DNA from: Octopus sinensis
Lineage: Eukaryota
Assembly (NCBI RefSeq): GCF_006345805.1
Contig: NW_021829818.1
Coordinates: 1 to 5,943, forward strand
Length of the DNA: 5,943 nt
Reading direction: 5' to 3'
Shown: one piece after another, positions 5,810 to 5,943 of the stretch
Position numbering within the stretch: the stretch's first letter is position 1
How the letters are laid out: each line of letters opens with the position of its first letter
Made by a program: the position numbers and the translations under genes
Notes under the pieces: generated by a model
Databases searched by the model: none
Told to the model about the DNA's origin: nothing
What the model saw: only the letters and a program-made list of their open reading frames with translations

Positions 5810-5943
5810 TCTCTCTTTTTCTCTCCCTCACAGCCTCCATCTATCTCTGTCACTCCGTCTCTCTCCTTCTCTCTCTCTCTTTCTTCTCTCTTTCCTTCTC
5901 TTTCTCCGAACCTCCATCTCCCACCTTCTCCCTCTTTATTCTT
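5810..5943. repeat. Degenerate (CT)n polypyrimidine tract
   Basis: Directly visible to the window end. Confidence 0.9.

Overview
Repeat-saturated animal genomic DNA, most likely an octopus (coleoid cephalopod) intron or intergenic region. That assignment is inferred from recalled SINE/MITE motifs, not from a database search. No intact protein-coding gene is supported; the long ORFs in the track are microsatellite or SINE read-through. The window is a mosaic of at least four tRNA-derived SINE families (about nine copies, several nested, tandem or chimeric), long compound microsatellites, a mariner-derived MITE with TIRs, and two inverted copies of a hAT transposase C-terminal remnant fused to a SINE at the same junction. 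The least explained object is a 464-bp element at 3610-4073: two identical 108-bp direct repeats around 248 bp. Each repeat carries a degenerate, minimal hammerhead-like motif, making it a candidate Penelope-like pLTR or retrozyme-type element. Other points of interest are a perfect hierarchical 12/36/72-bp minisatellite inside a SINE promoter, SINE module swapping, and a candidate ATG-containing microexon at 5615-5624.
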